Source: an uncultured Deinococcaceae bacterium
GTDB taxonomy: Bacteria; Deinococcota; Deinococci; Deinococcales; Deinococcaceae
DNA length: 64,000 bases
NCBI GenBank assembly: GCA_964252075.1
Contig: CAXULY010000006.1
Coordinates: 32,001 to 96,000, forward strand
Direction of reading: 5' to 3'
Shown: piece by piece, positions 9,458 to 19,381 of the stretch
How positions within the stretch are numbered: position 1 is the first letter of the stretch
Layout: every line of letters begins with the position of its first letter
Notes under the pieces: model-generated
Told to the model about the DNA's origin: nothing
Databases searched by the model: none
Seen by the model: the letters and a program-made list of their open reading frames with translations, nothing else
Made by a program: the position numbers and the translations under genes

Positions 9458-9572
9458 CCGCCGCGGCCCAGGGGTCGAGGGGCAGGGAGGGCGCGCCACA
9501 GAGGGACGACCCCAGGGATGAAACGGCCCCGAGGCCGACGCGCCCCCTCCCCCACCCGCCTGATGCGGCGGC

Positions 9573-10370
9573 TCAGCGGTTCACTTCTGCGCTCAGCTCC
9601 AGCAGCGCATCGAAATCCAGTGCGGACAGCGCCGCCTGCACGCGCGCCTCGAAGTCGCGCGGTGCACCCGGCACGTTTCCCGCCACGCGCACGGCACCCT
9701 TCTCGTTGGTCAGCCACACGCCGCGCCGCGCGCACAGCGTCTGCACCATCGCCATGACCGCCTGGTACGCGCACCCCTGCAGCCAGTGCACGTCCCCACG
9801 CGCCCTGGCTTTCGCGGCGCCCGCCAGCCAGAAGTCCGCCTGCCACGCGTACTGCTGCTCCAGCGCCACGCCCAGGGCCCGCGGGTACGGCCCCAGGCGC
9901 GCCCTCAGCCGGGCCAGCGCGCCGCTCGGGTCGAGCAGCACCACCGCGAGGGCCAGCTCCGCCGCATAATGATGACCGTGAATGCCGTGCGGGTGCCCCA
10001 CCTGCGCGTGCAGGGCGACGCGCCCCGCGAGGGCGTCATCGACGCTCACCTCGACGCGCCTCACATCGCGGTAAATGAAGTCGACGCGCTGCCCGCGCAC
10101 CGTCAACCACGCGCCGCCGTCCACCCACGGTCCCCACCCACCGGTCGGCGTGGCCTGCGCCGCGCCCGCATCGTCAAGCTCGCGGCACAGCGCGTTCAGG
10201 CGCGCGATGTCGAGGGGCCGCGCGCCATCGTAGTACAGGCCCAGGTCGAGGTCCGAGTCGGGCCGCGCGGTGCCGCGCGCGCGTGAGCCGCCCAGGGCCA
10301 CCGCGACCACCCCCGGAATGGCGATGAGGCGCTCCGCCAGGAGCGCCTCAAGGTCCGGTTGGTCCGCCAT
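9573..10370 (-). CDS. Pol-beta-type nucleotidyltransferase domain protein (DUF4037-like C-terminus)
   Basis: LGGSRARGTARPDSDLDL motif and WGPWVDGGAWL; start approximate. Confidence 0.85.
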   Translation of the reverse strand: MADQPDLEALLAERLIAIPGVVAVALGGSRARGTARPDSDLDLGLYYDGARPLDIARLNALCRELDDAGAAQATPTGGWGPWVDGGAWLTVRGQRVDFIYRDVRRVEVSVDDALAGRVALHAQVGHPHGIHGHHYAAELALAVVLLDPSGALARLRARLGPYPRALGVALEQQYAWQADFWLAGAAKARARGDVHWLQGCAYQAVMAMVQTLCARRGVWLTNEKGAVRVAGNVPGAPRDFEARVQAALSALDFDALLELSAEVNR

Positions 10371-10727
10371 GTCTGCGGCCACGCTAACACATCGAATCCC
10401 CGCGCGTACCGGTAGGACCGCGTGCCAGAGCGCGGGAGCTTGGCGCGTGGAGTTCGCCCCCTCCGCAGACACACATGTGGCCCTGCCGCCTGGCGGCGAG
10501 GGCCTCCATGGGGTTTTGTAACGGCCGTCGCTGGTGAGCAGGTGCGGCTCCGGATCAGCGGTCCTTCCGAAGCGCTATAGAAGGAGCCCCATTTCCGGCA
10601 CCAATCATCCTGAAGCCTGAACTCCGCCGCTGGCCCGCACAGCTGGGCGTGGTCCTCATGGGTGGCGCACGCGTGCGGGCGCGGCGGTCGTGCGCCGACG
10701 TGCCGCGCCCGCGACTGGCCCGGCGCG

Positions 10728-11708
10728 TCAGGCGGGCGTGCCGTCCACCTCGATTCCGCGTGGGGCGGTGGGGGCAGCGGCGGCCCTCCACCCGGCCGCG
10801 ACTTCCTGCGCGTAGGTGGCGAAATCACGGGGCGGGCGTCCCAGCAGGTCCGTGGTCTGCTGCACGTCACGTGGCGACGTCTTGACCTTTACCTTGCCGA
10901 TCAGTCGGTAGCTCTTCTGGCAGTCGAGCGCCTTGCGCCCGCCGTACGCCTGGTCCAACAGGGCGTCCACAGCGGCGAGGTCGGGCGTGGCGGTGACGGG
11001 CCGGTTGAGCGCAGCGCTCCAGTGCGCGGCCGTCTGCTCGCCGCTCAGGGATTCCGGACCGACGAGGGCGTACTCTCCGGCGGGCACGGCGGGGTCCAGG
11101 AGCGCCCGCGCAGCCGCCTCGCCCACGTCGCGGGTGTCCACGCGCGGCACGAGGCCCAGCGGGAGGGGGTAGTGGCCCGCCAGGAGTTCCTCGCGGCACA
11201 CCTCGTCCATCTGGTAGTAGTTGCCGGGGATCAGCACCACCGCGCGGGTGCGGGAGGTGCGGATGCGTTCCGCGAGCCGCAGCTTCGGTCTGTAGTGCGG
11301 CATCATGAGGCCGAATAGCGCGCGCTGAACGAGCCGCGCCGCGCGGCTCCGCCCGCCCGCGTGCACGCCGGAGAAGACCAGCCGCACGCCCTCACGCTCA
11401 CAGGCGCGCACGACGTTCCGGGCGAACTGCTCCTCGGCCACGTCGTGAGGGGACACGTAGAACGCCGCGTGGACGCCACGGAACGCCCGCTCGATGGCGC
11501 GCGGGTCGTCCAGCGTGCCGACGGCGCGCTCCACGTGCGCGGGCAGGTGCCGCACCCGGTCGGCCGAGCGGACGAAGACGCGGACGCGCGCGCCGCGCGC
11601 CAGGAGGGCCTGCACGACCTGCGACCCGATGGCGCCCGTGGCACCCATTACGAGGATCGGTCGTTCCGGCAGCGGGAAAGAGGGGTGGGGGGACAGCAGG
11701 TGATTCAT
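10728..11708 (-). CDS. NmrA-family NAD(P)-binding protein
   Basis: ILVMGATGAIG Rossmann motif, VDTRDVGEAAA, LLGRPPRDF; AAGGAG RBS. Confidence 0.88.
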   Translation of the reverse strand: MNHLLSPHPSFPLPERPILVMGATGAIGSQVVQALLARGARVRVFVRSADRVRHLPAHVERAVGTLDDPRAIERAFRGVHAAFYVSPHDVAEEQFARNVVRACEREGVRLVFSGVHAGGRSRAARLVQRALFGLMMPHYRPKLRLAERIRTSRTRAVVLIPGNYYQMDEVCREELLAGHYPLPLGLVPRVDTRDVGEAAARALLDPAVPAGEYALVGPESLSGEQTAAHWSAALNRPVTATPDLAAVDALLDQAYGGRKALDCQKSYRLIGKVKVKTSPRDVQQTTDLLGRPPRDFATYAQEVAAGWRAAAAPTAPRGIEVDGTPA

Positions 11709-11815
11709 GTGGGTGCTCCTTGTGGGGTGCGCCCCGCGGCGAAACGCGATGGGCGCCTGGGCTGGCGGTTAGGTGCTCCTTGGCGGTGTGGTCTGAAAGT
11801 CAGCCTTGGCGGTCC

Positions 11816-11902
11816 TCACGGGGGTTGCGCTTGGTGATGGACCGGGCGCGGGTCACGCGGACGCGTGCCTGGGGGCAACGCGGGGCTGGTGGGGGTGCTC
11901 AT
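11816..11902 (-). CDS. Putative 28-aa Pro-rich small ORF (MSTPTSPALPPGTRPRDPRPVHHQAQPP)
   Basis: Strong AAGGAGG RBS directly downstream of promoter copy 5. Confidence 0.4.
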   Translation of the reverse strand: MSTPTSPALPPGTRPRDPRPVHHQAQPP

Positions 11903-11946
11903 GGGTTTCTCCTCCTTCAGGGCGGCTGTTTGCCCTGCCTGGCCTG

Positions 11947-11980
11947 AAGGTAGAAGGTCGGGCCTGATTCGGGCATGATT
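11947..11980 (-). promoter_or_regulatory. AATCA-N6-AATCA-N12-TACCTT promoter, copy 5
   Basis: Minus strand AATCAtgcccgAATCAggcccgaccttcTACCTT. Confidence 0.75.
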
Positions 11981-12089
11981 GCGCCCGCCCTGCGCCGGGT
12001 GCGTCCAGACGCGCGCGGCGAGGCCCACCCGGTCGGGATGTGCGACGGGTGGTGGATGCACCGCACCGCGCGTGTCCGAGCCCCCTGGG

Positions 12090-12123
12090 GATCATGGGTT
12101 GATCACGGGCGCCTCGGTACGGT
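12090..12123 (+). promoter_or_regulatory. GATCA-N6-GATCA-N12-TACGGT promoter, copy 6
   Basis: GATCA at 12090 and 12101, TACGGT at 12118-12123. Confidence 0.7.
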
Positions 12124-12181
12124 GGGCGCACGTTCCGGCCAGAGCACACCGAGCGCCCGGCGGCACGCAAAGGAGTTTTAT

Positions 12182-12664
12182 ATGCCATGGTCACGTTTCG
12201 GATTGGTTCTGGGTCTCTCACTCGCCGCGTCGTGCGCTGCCGCCGGGTCCGCACTGCCGTCCGTGATGGTGGGGCGCTGGCTGTACGGCGCGCTGTCCAC
12301 GGTCGCGTACCATGACCCCAGCACGGACAGATGGATGGACGCGAGCGGCGCGAGTGAAATCGTGACGTACCGGTCGGACGGGCGGTACGAGCGCACGCGC
12401 GTGCTGTCGATGCGCTCGTTCAGCTGCGAGTCGAAGCTCTTCATCTACGAGAGGGGCGTCGTGAAGCTCGACGGTGGCCGCCTCACGTACCAGCCCAGCG
12501 AGGGCGTCAACAAGGGCTACACCTGCTCGCCCTCGAACAGCTGGAGCACCAGCACGATCAACGCGGAGACGTGGGCGCTCACCTTCGAGAAGGACGGCGG
12601 CAAGGACGTGATGGTCCTCAGCGATGGGAACGGCACCGCGCGGTACAGCCGTGACCCGCACTGA
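12182..12664 (+). CDS. Secreted beta-rich (lipocalin-like?) hypothetical protein
   Basis: AAGGAG RBS, signal peptide; homologous to the repeated domain of 45986..47338. Confidence 0.75.
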   Translation: MPWSRFGLVLGLSLAASCAAAGSALPSVMVGRWLYGALSTVAYHDPSTDRWMDASGASEIVTYRSDGRYERTRVLSMRSFSCESKLFIYERGVVKLDGGRLTYQPSEGVNKGYTCSPSNSWSTSTINAETWALTFEKDGGKDVMVLSDGNGTARYSRDPH

Positions 12665-12805
12665 GCCCCTCCCATGCGGGCGCACGGGTGTCCGGCGCCA
12701 CCGCCCCATCTCAGGTGGGGCGACGCAGGAACGAAGCGGTGCGGCACCCGCCCCGGTGGGCCACCTGCGCGGTGGCCGTCACCCGCCCGGGTTTAAGATG
12801 CGCGG

Positions 12806-14620
12806 GTGAGTGACCACAGCGACTTCTCCCCGTACCTGAACGTCCGGTCCTCGTTTGGTGGCACCCTCCGCGCGGACGGGCAGCGCCTCGCGTTCCTGAA
12901 CAACACCAGCGGCACCGCGCAGGTCTGGACGGTGGACGCGCCGGGGCGCTGGCCGCAGCAGCGCACCTTCCACGCGAACCGCGTGACCTTCGTGAGTTAC
13001 GCGCCGCAGGGGCCGCAACTGCTGTTCGGGATGGATGAGGGCGGCAACGAGCAGGACCAGCTGTACCTCACGGACGACGACGGCCTCACCCTGCTGGCCC
13101 TCACGGATGACCCGCGCGTGAAGCACACCGCGGCGCGCTGGAGTCATGACGGCGCGCGCATCGCGTTCACGGCGACGCGCGAGAACCCCACAGACTTCAC
13201 GCCGTACGTGATGGACGTGCGCTCGCGCGACACCCGAGCGCTCTACGCCCTCGGCGGGTACAACAGCGTCGCGGCGTGGCTGCCGGGGGACGCGGCGGTC
13301 ATCGTGTGGCACGCCGACGGCCCGTTCGAGCACGCCCTGCACCGCGTGAATGTGGCGACGGGCGAGGCGCAGCGCCTCACGGACTCCGCCCGCCCCGCGC
13401 GGTATGAGGCCGTGCGCGCGCTGCCCGACGGGTCCGGCCTGCTGCTCCTCAGCGATCTCGACCGCGACTTTCTGAACGTCGCGCGGCTGGATTTCGCGTC
13501 GGGCGCGCTGACGTTCCTGTCGGACCGCCCGTGGGACGAGGAGGGCGTGGCCGTCACGGCGGACGGGCGGACGCTGGCGGTCAGCTGGAACGAGGAGGGC
13601 TTCTCGCACCTGGAGTGCCTGGACCTCGGCACGGGCGCGCGCCGACCGGTGTCGGGCCTCCCGGACGGCGTGCTGAGCGGCCCCACCCTCGGGCGGGACG
13701 GCGGGACGTTCCTCGTGACGGCCGAAGCGCCGAACGAAGCGATGAACGTCTGGGCGGTGGACGCGAGCGCCGCGACCGCCACGCGCTGGACGGACTCCAC
13801 GCTGGGCGGCGTGCCGCGCGCGGCGCTCGCGCAGCCTGAAGTGGTGCACTTTGAGGGCTTTGATGGGCTGCGCGTGCCCGCCCTGTACCTGCGCCCCACC
13901 GCGCGCGGGGACGGACCGCACGCGGTCGTGATGATCGTGCACGGCGGGCCGGAGTCGCAGAGCCGCCCCATCTTCAACCCCGTCGCGCAGTACCTCGTGG
14001 CGCAGGGCTACGCGGTGCTGCTCCCCAACGTGCGCGGCAGCACCGGGTACGGGAAGGCGTACTCGCACCTGGATGACGTGCGCCTGCGCATGAACAGCGT
14101 CGCGGACCTCCAGGCGGCGCACGCGTGGCTGGTGCGGGAGGGACGCGCGGACCCCGCGCGCATCGCGATCTACGGCGGGAGTTACGGGGGCTTCATGGTG
14201 CTGTCCGCGCTCACCACGTACCCGGAGTTGTGGGCGGCGGGCGTGGACCTGGTGGGCATCGCGAGTTTCGCGACGTTCCTGGAGCACACCAGCGCGTACC
14301 GGCGCCGCATGCGTGAAGCGGAGTACGGGAGCCTCGAACACGACCGCGCGTTCCTGCACGACATCTCGCCGCTCACGCACATTGACCGCATCACCGCGCC
14401 CCTGATGGTGATTCACGGCGCGAACGACCCGCGCGTGCCGGTCGGGGAGGCGGAGCAGGTGGTGGCGGCGCTGCAGGCGCGCGGCGTGCCCGTGGCGTAC
14501 CTGCGGTACCCGGACGAAGGTCACGGGCTGGTGAAACTGCACAACCGCCTGGACGCCTACCCGAAGGTCGCGGCGTTCCTGGCGGAGCACCTCGGGCGCG
14601 GCCCGCGGGGCGCCTCGTGA
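12806..14620 (+). CDS. S9-family (acylaminoacyl / dipeptidyl) peptidase
   Basis: Beta-propeller, HGGPE, GGSYGG nucleophile motif, NDPRV, DEGHG; TAAGAT 6 nt before the GTG (leaderless). Confidence 0.93.
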   Translation: MSDHSDFSPYLNVRSSFGGTLRADGQRLAFLNNTSGTAQVWTVDAPGRWPQQRTFHANRVTFVSYAPQGPQLLFGMDEGGNEQDQLYLTDDDGLTLLALTDDPRVKHTAARWSHDGARIAFTATRENPTDFTPYVMDVRSRDTRALYALGGYNSVAAWLPGDAAVIVWHADGPFEHALHRVNVATGEAQRLTDSARPARYEAVRALPDGSGLLLLSDLDRDFLNVARLDFASGALTFLSDRPWDEEGVAVTADGRTLAVSWNEEGFSHLECLDLGTGARRPVSGLPDGVLSGPTLGRDGGTFLVTAEAPNEAMNVWAVDASAATATRWTDSTLGGVPRAALAQPEVVHFEGFDGLRVPALYLRPTARGDGPHAVVMIVHGGPESQSRPIFNPVAQYLVAQGYAVLLPNVRGSTGYGKAYSHLDDVRLRMNSVADLQAAHAWLVREGRADPARIAIYGGSYGGFMVLSALTTYPELWAAGVDLVGIASFATFLEHTSAYRRRMREAEYGSLEHDRAFLHDISPLTHIDRITAPLMVIHGANDPRVPVGEAEQVVAALQARGVPVAYLRYPDEGHGLVKLHNRLDAYPKVAAFLAEHLGRGPRGAS

Positions 14621-14635
14621 CGCGGCGGGCGCGGC

Positions 14636-15370
14636 TCAGCCCGCGCGCTGCGCGGCGATCATCAGGAACATCGGGCGTTCCCGTTCCTCCGCGAGCGCCG
14701 GGTGCTGCGCCACCTGCGCGTCGGTCGGGCCGTACTCCTCCACCCGGCGGAGGCTGAACCCCTCGCGGATCAGCAGGTTCAAGGTGGTGCCGAGCGTGCG
14801 GTGGTACTTCACCACCCCGGGCGCCAGCCAGTTCGTCGTGCGGCGCCCCTCGCGCTGGTAGCTGTCCACCGGCCACGTCCGCTGTCCGTCCGCGCCGCGC
14901 AGCCAGTCCGGGTGCCTGGAGGCCATGTAGATGGGGTGCTCGATGGAGCACACGAGGTGCCCGGCGGACGTCAGGGCCCCGTGAATGACGTTCAAGAGCC
15001 GCCCGAGGTCCTCGACGTAATGCAGCGCCAGCGAGCTGAACGCGAGGTCGAACGCCGCTGCGGGGAGGTGCAGTTCCTCCAGGTCCGCCTGCCGGTACGT
15101 GATGGCGTCGTCCGCCGTGCTGGACCGCGCGCGGTCCAGCATGTTCGAGGAGAGGTCCAGCCCCAGCACCTGCGCCGCGCCGTGCGCGCGCGCCCAGCGG
15201 CTGAACCAGCCGAAGCCGCACCCCAGGTCCACGACGCGCAGGCCGCGGACGTCCGGCAGCAGGGCGCGCAGCGCGGGCCACTCCGGCGCGCCCGCGAGGC
15301 CCTCCGTGGAGCGGCGCAGCTGGCTGTACCCCTCGAAGAAGGTGGGGTCGTCGTACATGTTCTGGCTCAT
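14636..15370 (-). CDS. Class I SAM-dependent methyltransferase
   Basis: MSQNMYDDPTFF, VVDLGCGFGWF, SSLALHY. Confidence 0.9.
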   Translation of the reverse strand: MSQNMYDDPTFFEGYSQLRRSTEGLAGAPEWPALRALLPDVRGLRVVDLGCGFGWFSRWARAHGAAQVLGLDLSSNMLDRARSSTADDAITYRQADLEELHLPAAAFDLAFSSLALHYVEDLGRLLNVIHGALTSAGHLVCSIEHPIYMASRHPDWLRGADGQRTWPVDSYQREGRRTTNWLAPGVVKYHRTLGTTLNLLIREGFSLRRVEEYGPTDAQVAQHPALAEERERPMFLMIAAQRAG

Positions 15371-15693
15371 CCCGTCTCGGCTCCTTGTCCGCGCGTGTGG
15401 CGCTTCAGGCAGTCTGCGGGCATGACTTCGTCTGGCGCATCCGCCATTGCGCTGTAGGCCAGCCCACGCGCCTCCGCCGCACGGGCGACGCGTTGAGCAC
15501 GCGAGCAACCTCCTGACGCCATAAAGCTAGGGGGGCACGGGGAGCCGGGCCGGGTGCAGCTGGCCTCATCATGGAGAGGGAGCAAGGCGACTGGTTCGTG
15601 CAGTTGGACGCGACCCTGAGGGCGCCATGCTCCCTGCGGCCGTTGATCGTTGCCCCGAACAGCGCACGACTGACGCAACGTCCCCTGAGGCCG

Positions 15694-16947
15694 TTACGGG
15701 CTGGTGGTCGGGTGGGGGCGCTCCACCCAGCGACCGTCCTGCAGCAGCACCACCGCACCGCCTCCTTCGGTGTGCGCGGTGACCTGCAGTTGGGGCGAGC
15801 CGATCATGAAGTCAATGTGGATGCGGCTGTGGTTCCCGCCCGCGCGTTCGAATTCCGCGGCGCTCATGTCGGCGCCGTGGGTGAGGGTGACGGGGTAGGC
15901 GCGCCCGAGGGCGATGTGACACGAGGCGTTCTCGTCCAGCAGGGTGCTGTAGAAGACCCGCTGTTCCTGCGCGACGAGGCTGTCCTCCCCCACCAGCGCC
16001 ACCTCACCCAGCCGCGACGCGCCGTCGTCGGCGGAGAGCTGCGCCTTCATCACGTCGCTGCCGGAGGAGCAGTGGTACTGCGTCACGCGGCCGTCCTCGA
16101 AGGTGAGGTCGAGGTGGTCGATGCGCTGGCCCTGCAGGATGAGGGGGCGCGTCATGCGGACGCGCCCGTGCACGTGCTGGCGGTGCGGGAGGGTGGAGAT
16201 CTCCTCGGTCGGCATGTTCGGGACGCCGTGAAGGCCGAGCGCGCTGGGGACGAGGGGCCCGAACCAGCGGTGCCCGGTTGGCAGGCCGACGCGCAGGTCC
16301 GTGCCGGGGCCCTCGAAGTGCAGTTCCTGGATGCGCAGGGCGTCGAGGGCCGCGCAGCGGTCCATGAGGCGGGCGGCGTGGTCGCGCCACGCGGCGGTCG
16401 GGTCGGGCGTGTCGAGGCGCATGAGGCGCGCGAGGACGCCCCACAGCCATTCGAGGGCGTCGGCGGGTGGGAGGTCGGGGCGCAGGTACTCCGCCCAGGC
16501 GGGGGTGGCGACCGCGAGCACGGACCAGTTGAACTGCACGCGGGAGCGGCGCATGCCGTAGCCTTCGAGGGCGGCGTTGCGGGCGGCGGCGCTCGCCGCC
16601 ACGCGCGCGTCGAGGTGCGCGGGCAGCGGGTCGGGGTGCGCGGCGTGCAGCGTGAGGATGGGTTGCGCGGCGAGGGCGTGCGCGGTGAGCGCCTGCGCCA
16701 TCCACGCGGGGTAGTGCGCGAGGGCGTCTGCGGAGGCGTGCCGGACGCGGGCGGCCTGGACGTGTGGGTCCTCGTACAGCACGTCGACGTCCGCGGCGCC
16801 CTGGCGGTATGCGGCGTCGGTGATGGCGCGCGCGACGTGGTGGGTGTCAGGTGGGCTGACGATCAGCAGGCGCTGGCCCACCTGGACGGGCACGGCGACC
16901 TGGACCGCCAGGTCCGCGTATTGGCGGTAGAAGGTGGGGTTGGGCAT
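15694..16947 (-). CDS. M29 aminopeptidase (AmpS / aminopeptidase II family)
   Basis: PNMPTEEI, LGEVALV, LLDENASCHIALG, HIDFMIG. Confidence 0.92.
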   Translation of the reverse strand: MPNPTFYRQYADLAVQVAVPVQVGQRLLIVSPPDTHHVARAITDAAYRQGAADVDVLYEDPHVQAARVRHASADALAHYPAWMAQALTAHALAAQPILTLHAAHPDPLPAHLDARVAASAAARNAALEGYGMRRSRVQFNWSVLAVATPAWAEYLRPDLPPADALEWLWGVLARLMRLDTPDPTAAWRDHAARLMDRCAALDALRIQELHFEGPGTDLRVGLPTGHRWFGPLVPSALGLHGVPNMPTEEISTLPHRQHVHGRVRMTRPLILQGQRIDHLDLTFEDGRVTQYHCSSGSDVMKAQLSADDGASRLGEVALVGEDSLVAQEQRVFYSTLLDENASCHIALGRAYPVTLTHGADMSAAEFERAGGNHSRIHIDFMIGSPQLQVTAHTEGGGAVVLLQDGRWVERPHPTTSP

Positions 16948-16962
16948 GGGTCCTCTCTAGGT

Positions 16963-17538
16963 TTACACCAGGCGGGGCGGGGTGCTCATGGTGAGGATGC
17001 GCGCGACGTCCCGGGCGTTGTTCGTCATGCGGTGCGGGAGGGCGCTGGGGTAGTAGGCGCTGTCGCCGGAGCGCAGGGTGCGGGTGGGGGCGTCGTGCAC
17101 GTTGAGCTGCACTTCGCCTTCCAGCACGTACACGAATTCCTCGCCGGCGTGGCCGGTGTCGTTGCGCTGCTCCGTGCCGGGCTGCAGGGTGAGCAGCACC
17201 GGCTGGATTTTCTGCAGGAGGTCTGTGAACAGGAGCTGCACGTGAATGCCGGGGCTGAGTTCGACCGTGCGGGGCGCCTCGCCGTGCCGGACGATCTTCA
17301 GGAAGTCCGCGCGGCCCTCGTCGGGCAGGAAGTCGGAGGCGGTGAGGTGGAACACCGCCGCGAGGCGTTGCAGGAGCGTGGCGGACACGTCCGTCTGGCC
17401 GCGCTCCAGCATGCTGAGGAAGCTGCGGGAGCAGCTGGCGGCGTCCGCGAGTTGCTGGAGGGTCATGCCGCGCGCCTGCCGGAGGGCGCGCAGCCGCTCG
17501 CCGAGCCGCAGCTGGGCGGAGGGCGCGTCACTTCTCAC
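16963..17538 (-). CDS. XRE-family HTH / cupin transcriptional regulator
   Basis: LRALRQARGMTLQQLA...LSMLERG; HAGEEFVYVLEG...PH; GTG start inferred. Confidence 0.9.
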   Translation of the reverse strand: MRSDAPSAQLRLGERLRALRQARGMTLQQLADAASCSRSFLSMLERGQTDVSATLLQRLAAVFHLTASDFLPDEGRADFLKIVRHGEAPRTVELSPGIHVQLLFTDLLQKIQPVLLTLQPGTEQRNDTGHAGEEFVYVLEGEVQLNVHDAPTRTLRSGDSAYYPSALPHRMTNNARDVARILTMSTPPRLV

Positions 17539-18415
17539 GTGGGTTGAATGTATCACGCAGGCCATCGCCGAGGAAATTGATGGCGAGCACGGTGATCAGA
17601 ATGGCGCCGCCGGCGGGCAGCCACAGCCACGGCTGCGATTGCAGCACCGTGATGGTGCGGGCGTCGGACAGCATGTTGCCCCAGGACGCGACGGGCTGCT
17701 GCACGCCCAGCCCCAGGAAGGACAGGGCGCTCTCCGTGAGGATCGCCTCGGCGACGCCGAGGGTGGTCTGCACGATGATGGGCGCGGCGGCGTTCGGGAG
17801 GATGTGGCGGAACATGATGCGGGGGTCGCCCGCGCCGAGCGCGCCGGCGGCCTCCACGTACTCCTGGTGGCGCAGCTTGAGGGTCTCGCCGCGCATCAGG
17901 CGGTAGGTGGGCACCCAGCTGAGCAGGCCGATGACGGCCACGGTGTTGAAGAGGCTGGGTTTCACGAAGCTGGAGATGGTGAGGACCAGAAAGAGGCTGG
18001 GGAAGGCGGCGACGGCGTCCGTGAAGCGGGAGAGGATCACGTCCGTCCAGCCGCCCCGGAAGCCCGCAATGACGCCCAGCACCGCGCCGATCACGAGCGC
18101 GAGCAGGGCGGCGCTGATGCCGATCGTGAGGGACACGCGCGTGCCGAACATCAGGCGGGACAGCACGTCGCGCCCGAGGGCGTCCGTGCCGAGCCAGAAC
18201 TCGCGGCTGGGCGGGCTCGCGAACTGAATGTTGCCGCTGGGACTGGTGGCGAGGTTGTAGGGGTCGTAGGGCGCGAGGACGGGCGCGAAGACGCCAATGA
18301 GGACCAGCGCGATCAGCACGACGAGGCTGAGGACCGCGAGGCGGTGGCGCGTGAAGCGCCCCGCGGCGCGTCCCTTCGGTCGGCGCGCGCGCAGGGGGAG
18401 GCGCGCGACCCTCAC
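17528..18415 (-). CDS. Peptide ABC transporter permease (OppC/DppC)
   Basis: LGTDALGRDV, EYVEAAGALG, HILPN, NFLGDGLRD. Confidence 0.92.
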   Translation of the reverse strand: MRVARLPLRARRPKGRAAGRFTRHRLAVLSLVVLIALVLIGVFAPVLAPYDPYNLATSPSGNIQFASPPSREFWLGTDALGRDVLSRLMFGTRVSLTIGISAALLALVIGAVLGVIAGFRGGWTDVILSRFTDAVAAFPSLFLVLTISSFVKPSLFNTVAVIGLLSWVPTYRLMRGETLKLRHQEYVEAAGALGAGDPRIMFRHILPNAAAPIIVQTTLGVAEAILTESALSFLGLGVQQPVASWGNMLSDARTITVLQSQPWLWLPAGGAILITVLAINFLGDGLRDTFNPREK

Positions 18416-19377
18416 GGGTCGAACCTCACGCGGGGGTCCACCACGCCGTACAGCACGTCCGCGACGAGGCTCCCGGCGACCACGAGGGCGGCGGTGATGG
18501 CGTTGATGGCCATCGAGACGGGATAATCGCGCGCGAAGACCGAATCGACCAGCAGGCGGCCCATGCCGGGCCACGCGAAGATCGTCTCGGTGATGACGGA
18601 GCCCGCGAAGAAGGCGGGCAGGGACAGCCCGAGCAGCGTGATGACGGGAATCAGGCCGTTGCGCAGCGCGTGCTTGATGAGCACCGTGCGTTCCCCGACG
18701 CCCTTGCTGCGCGCCGTGCGGATGTAATCCTGGCGCAGCGCCTCACTCACGGAGCTGCGCACGTGCCGCAGGATGCCCGCGATGCCCGTGAGGGTCAGCA
18801 CGGCGACGGGGAGCGCCATGTGCCACAGGCGGTCGAGGAACAGCGCGAAGCCGTGGTGGTTGGCGCTGTAACTCTCGTAGCCGGAGGTGGGGAACCACCC
18901 GAGCTGCACCGCGAACAGGTAGATGAGGGTCAGGCCGAGGAAGAAGCTGGGGATGCTGATGCCCGCGAAGACCAGGGTGGTGCTGAGGTAATCCACGATG
19001 GAGTACGGCCGGGCGGCGCTGTAGATGCCGATGCCGAGCGCGAACAGCACGATCAGCGCGAAGGACGTGACGGTGAGCAGCAGGGTCGGGCCGGCGCGCT
19101 GCTTCAGGAGTTCCGTGACGCTCTGCCCGTTGCGCACCGAGTACCCGAAGTTGCCGCGCGCGAGGCTGGAGATCCAGCCGAGGTACTGCACGGGCACGGG
19201 TTTGTTGATGCCGAGGGCGTCCTCGGCGCGCGCGATTTCCTGCGTGCTCATGCGGGGGTTGATGAAGGTCTGCATCGCGTTGCCGGGCGCCAGGTTCATC
19301 ACCGCGAAGCTGATGAACGACACCAGGATCAGCAGCACGAGGCCCTGCAGCGCCCGGTTCGCGACGAAGGGCAGCAT
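18412..19377 (-). CDS. Peptide ABC transporter permease (OppB/DppB)
   Basis: DYIRTARSKG, HALRN, ETIFAWPGMG, DPRV. Confidence 0.93.
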   Translation of the reverse strand: MLPFVANRALQGLVLLILVSFISFAVMNLAPGNAMQTFINPRMSTQEIARAEDALGINKPVPVQYLGWISSLARGNFGYSVRNGQSVTELLKQRAGPTLLLTVTSFALIVLFALGIGIYSAARPYSIVDYLSTTLVFAGISIPSFFLGLTLIYLFAVQLGWFPTSGYESYSANHHGFALFLDRLWHMALPVAVLTLTGIAGILRHVRSSVSEALRQDYIRTARSKGVGERTVLIKHALRNGLIPVITLLGLSLPAFFAGSVITETIFAWPGMGRLLVDSVFARDYPVSMAINAITAALVVAGSLVADVLYGVVDPRVRFDP

Positions 19378-19381
19378 GCGC

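Noticed and set aside
9573..10370. Nucleotidyltransferase as a CBASS or toxin-antitoxin component
   Set aside because: It is a stand-alone gene with no effector or partner; the motifs fit the common DUF4037-associated family.
10601..10620. Single CCAATCAT resembling the regulon motif
   Set aside because: There is no second repeat at 11 bp and no -10 hexamer at the expected distance.
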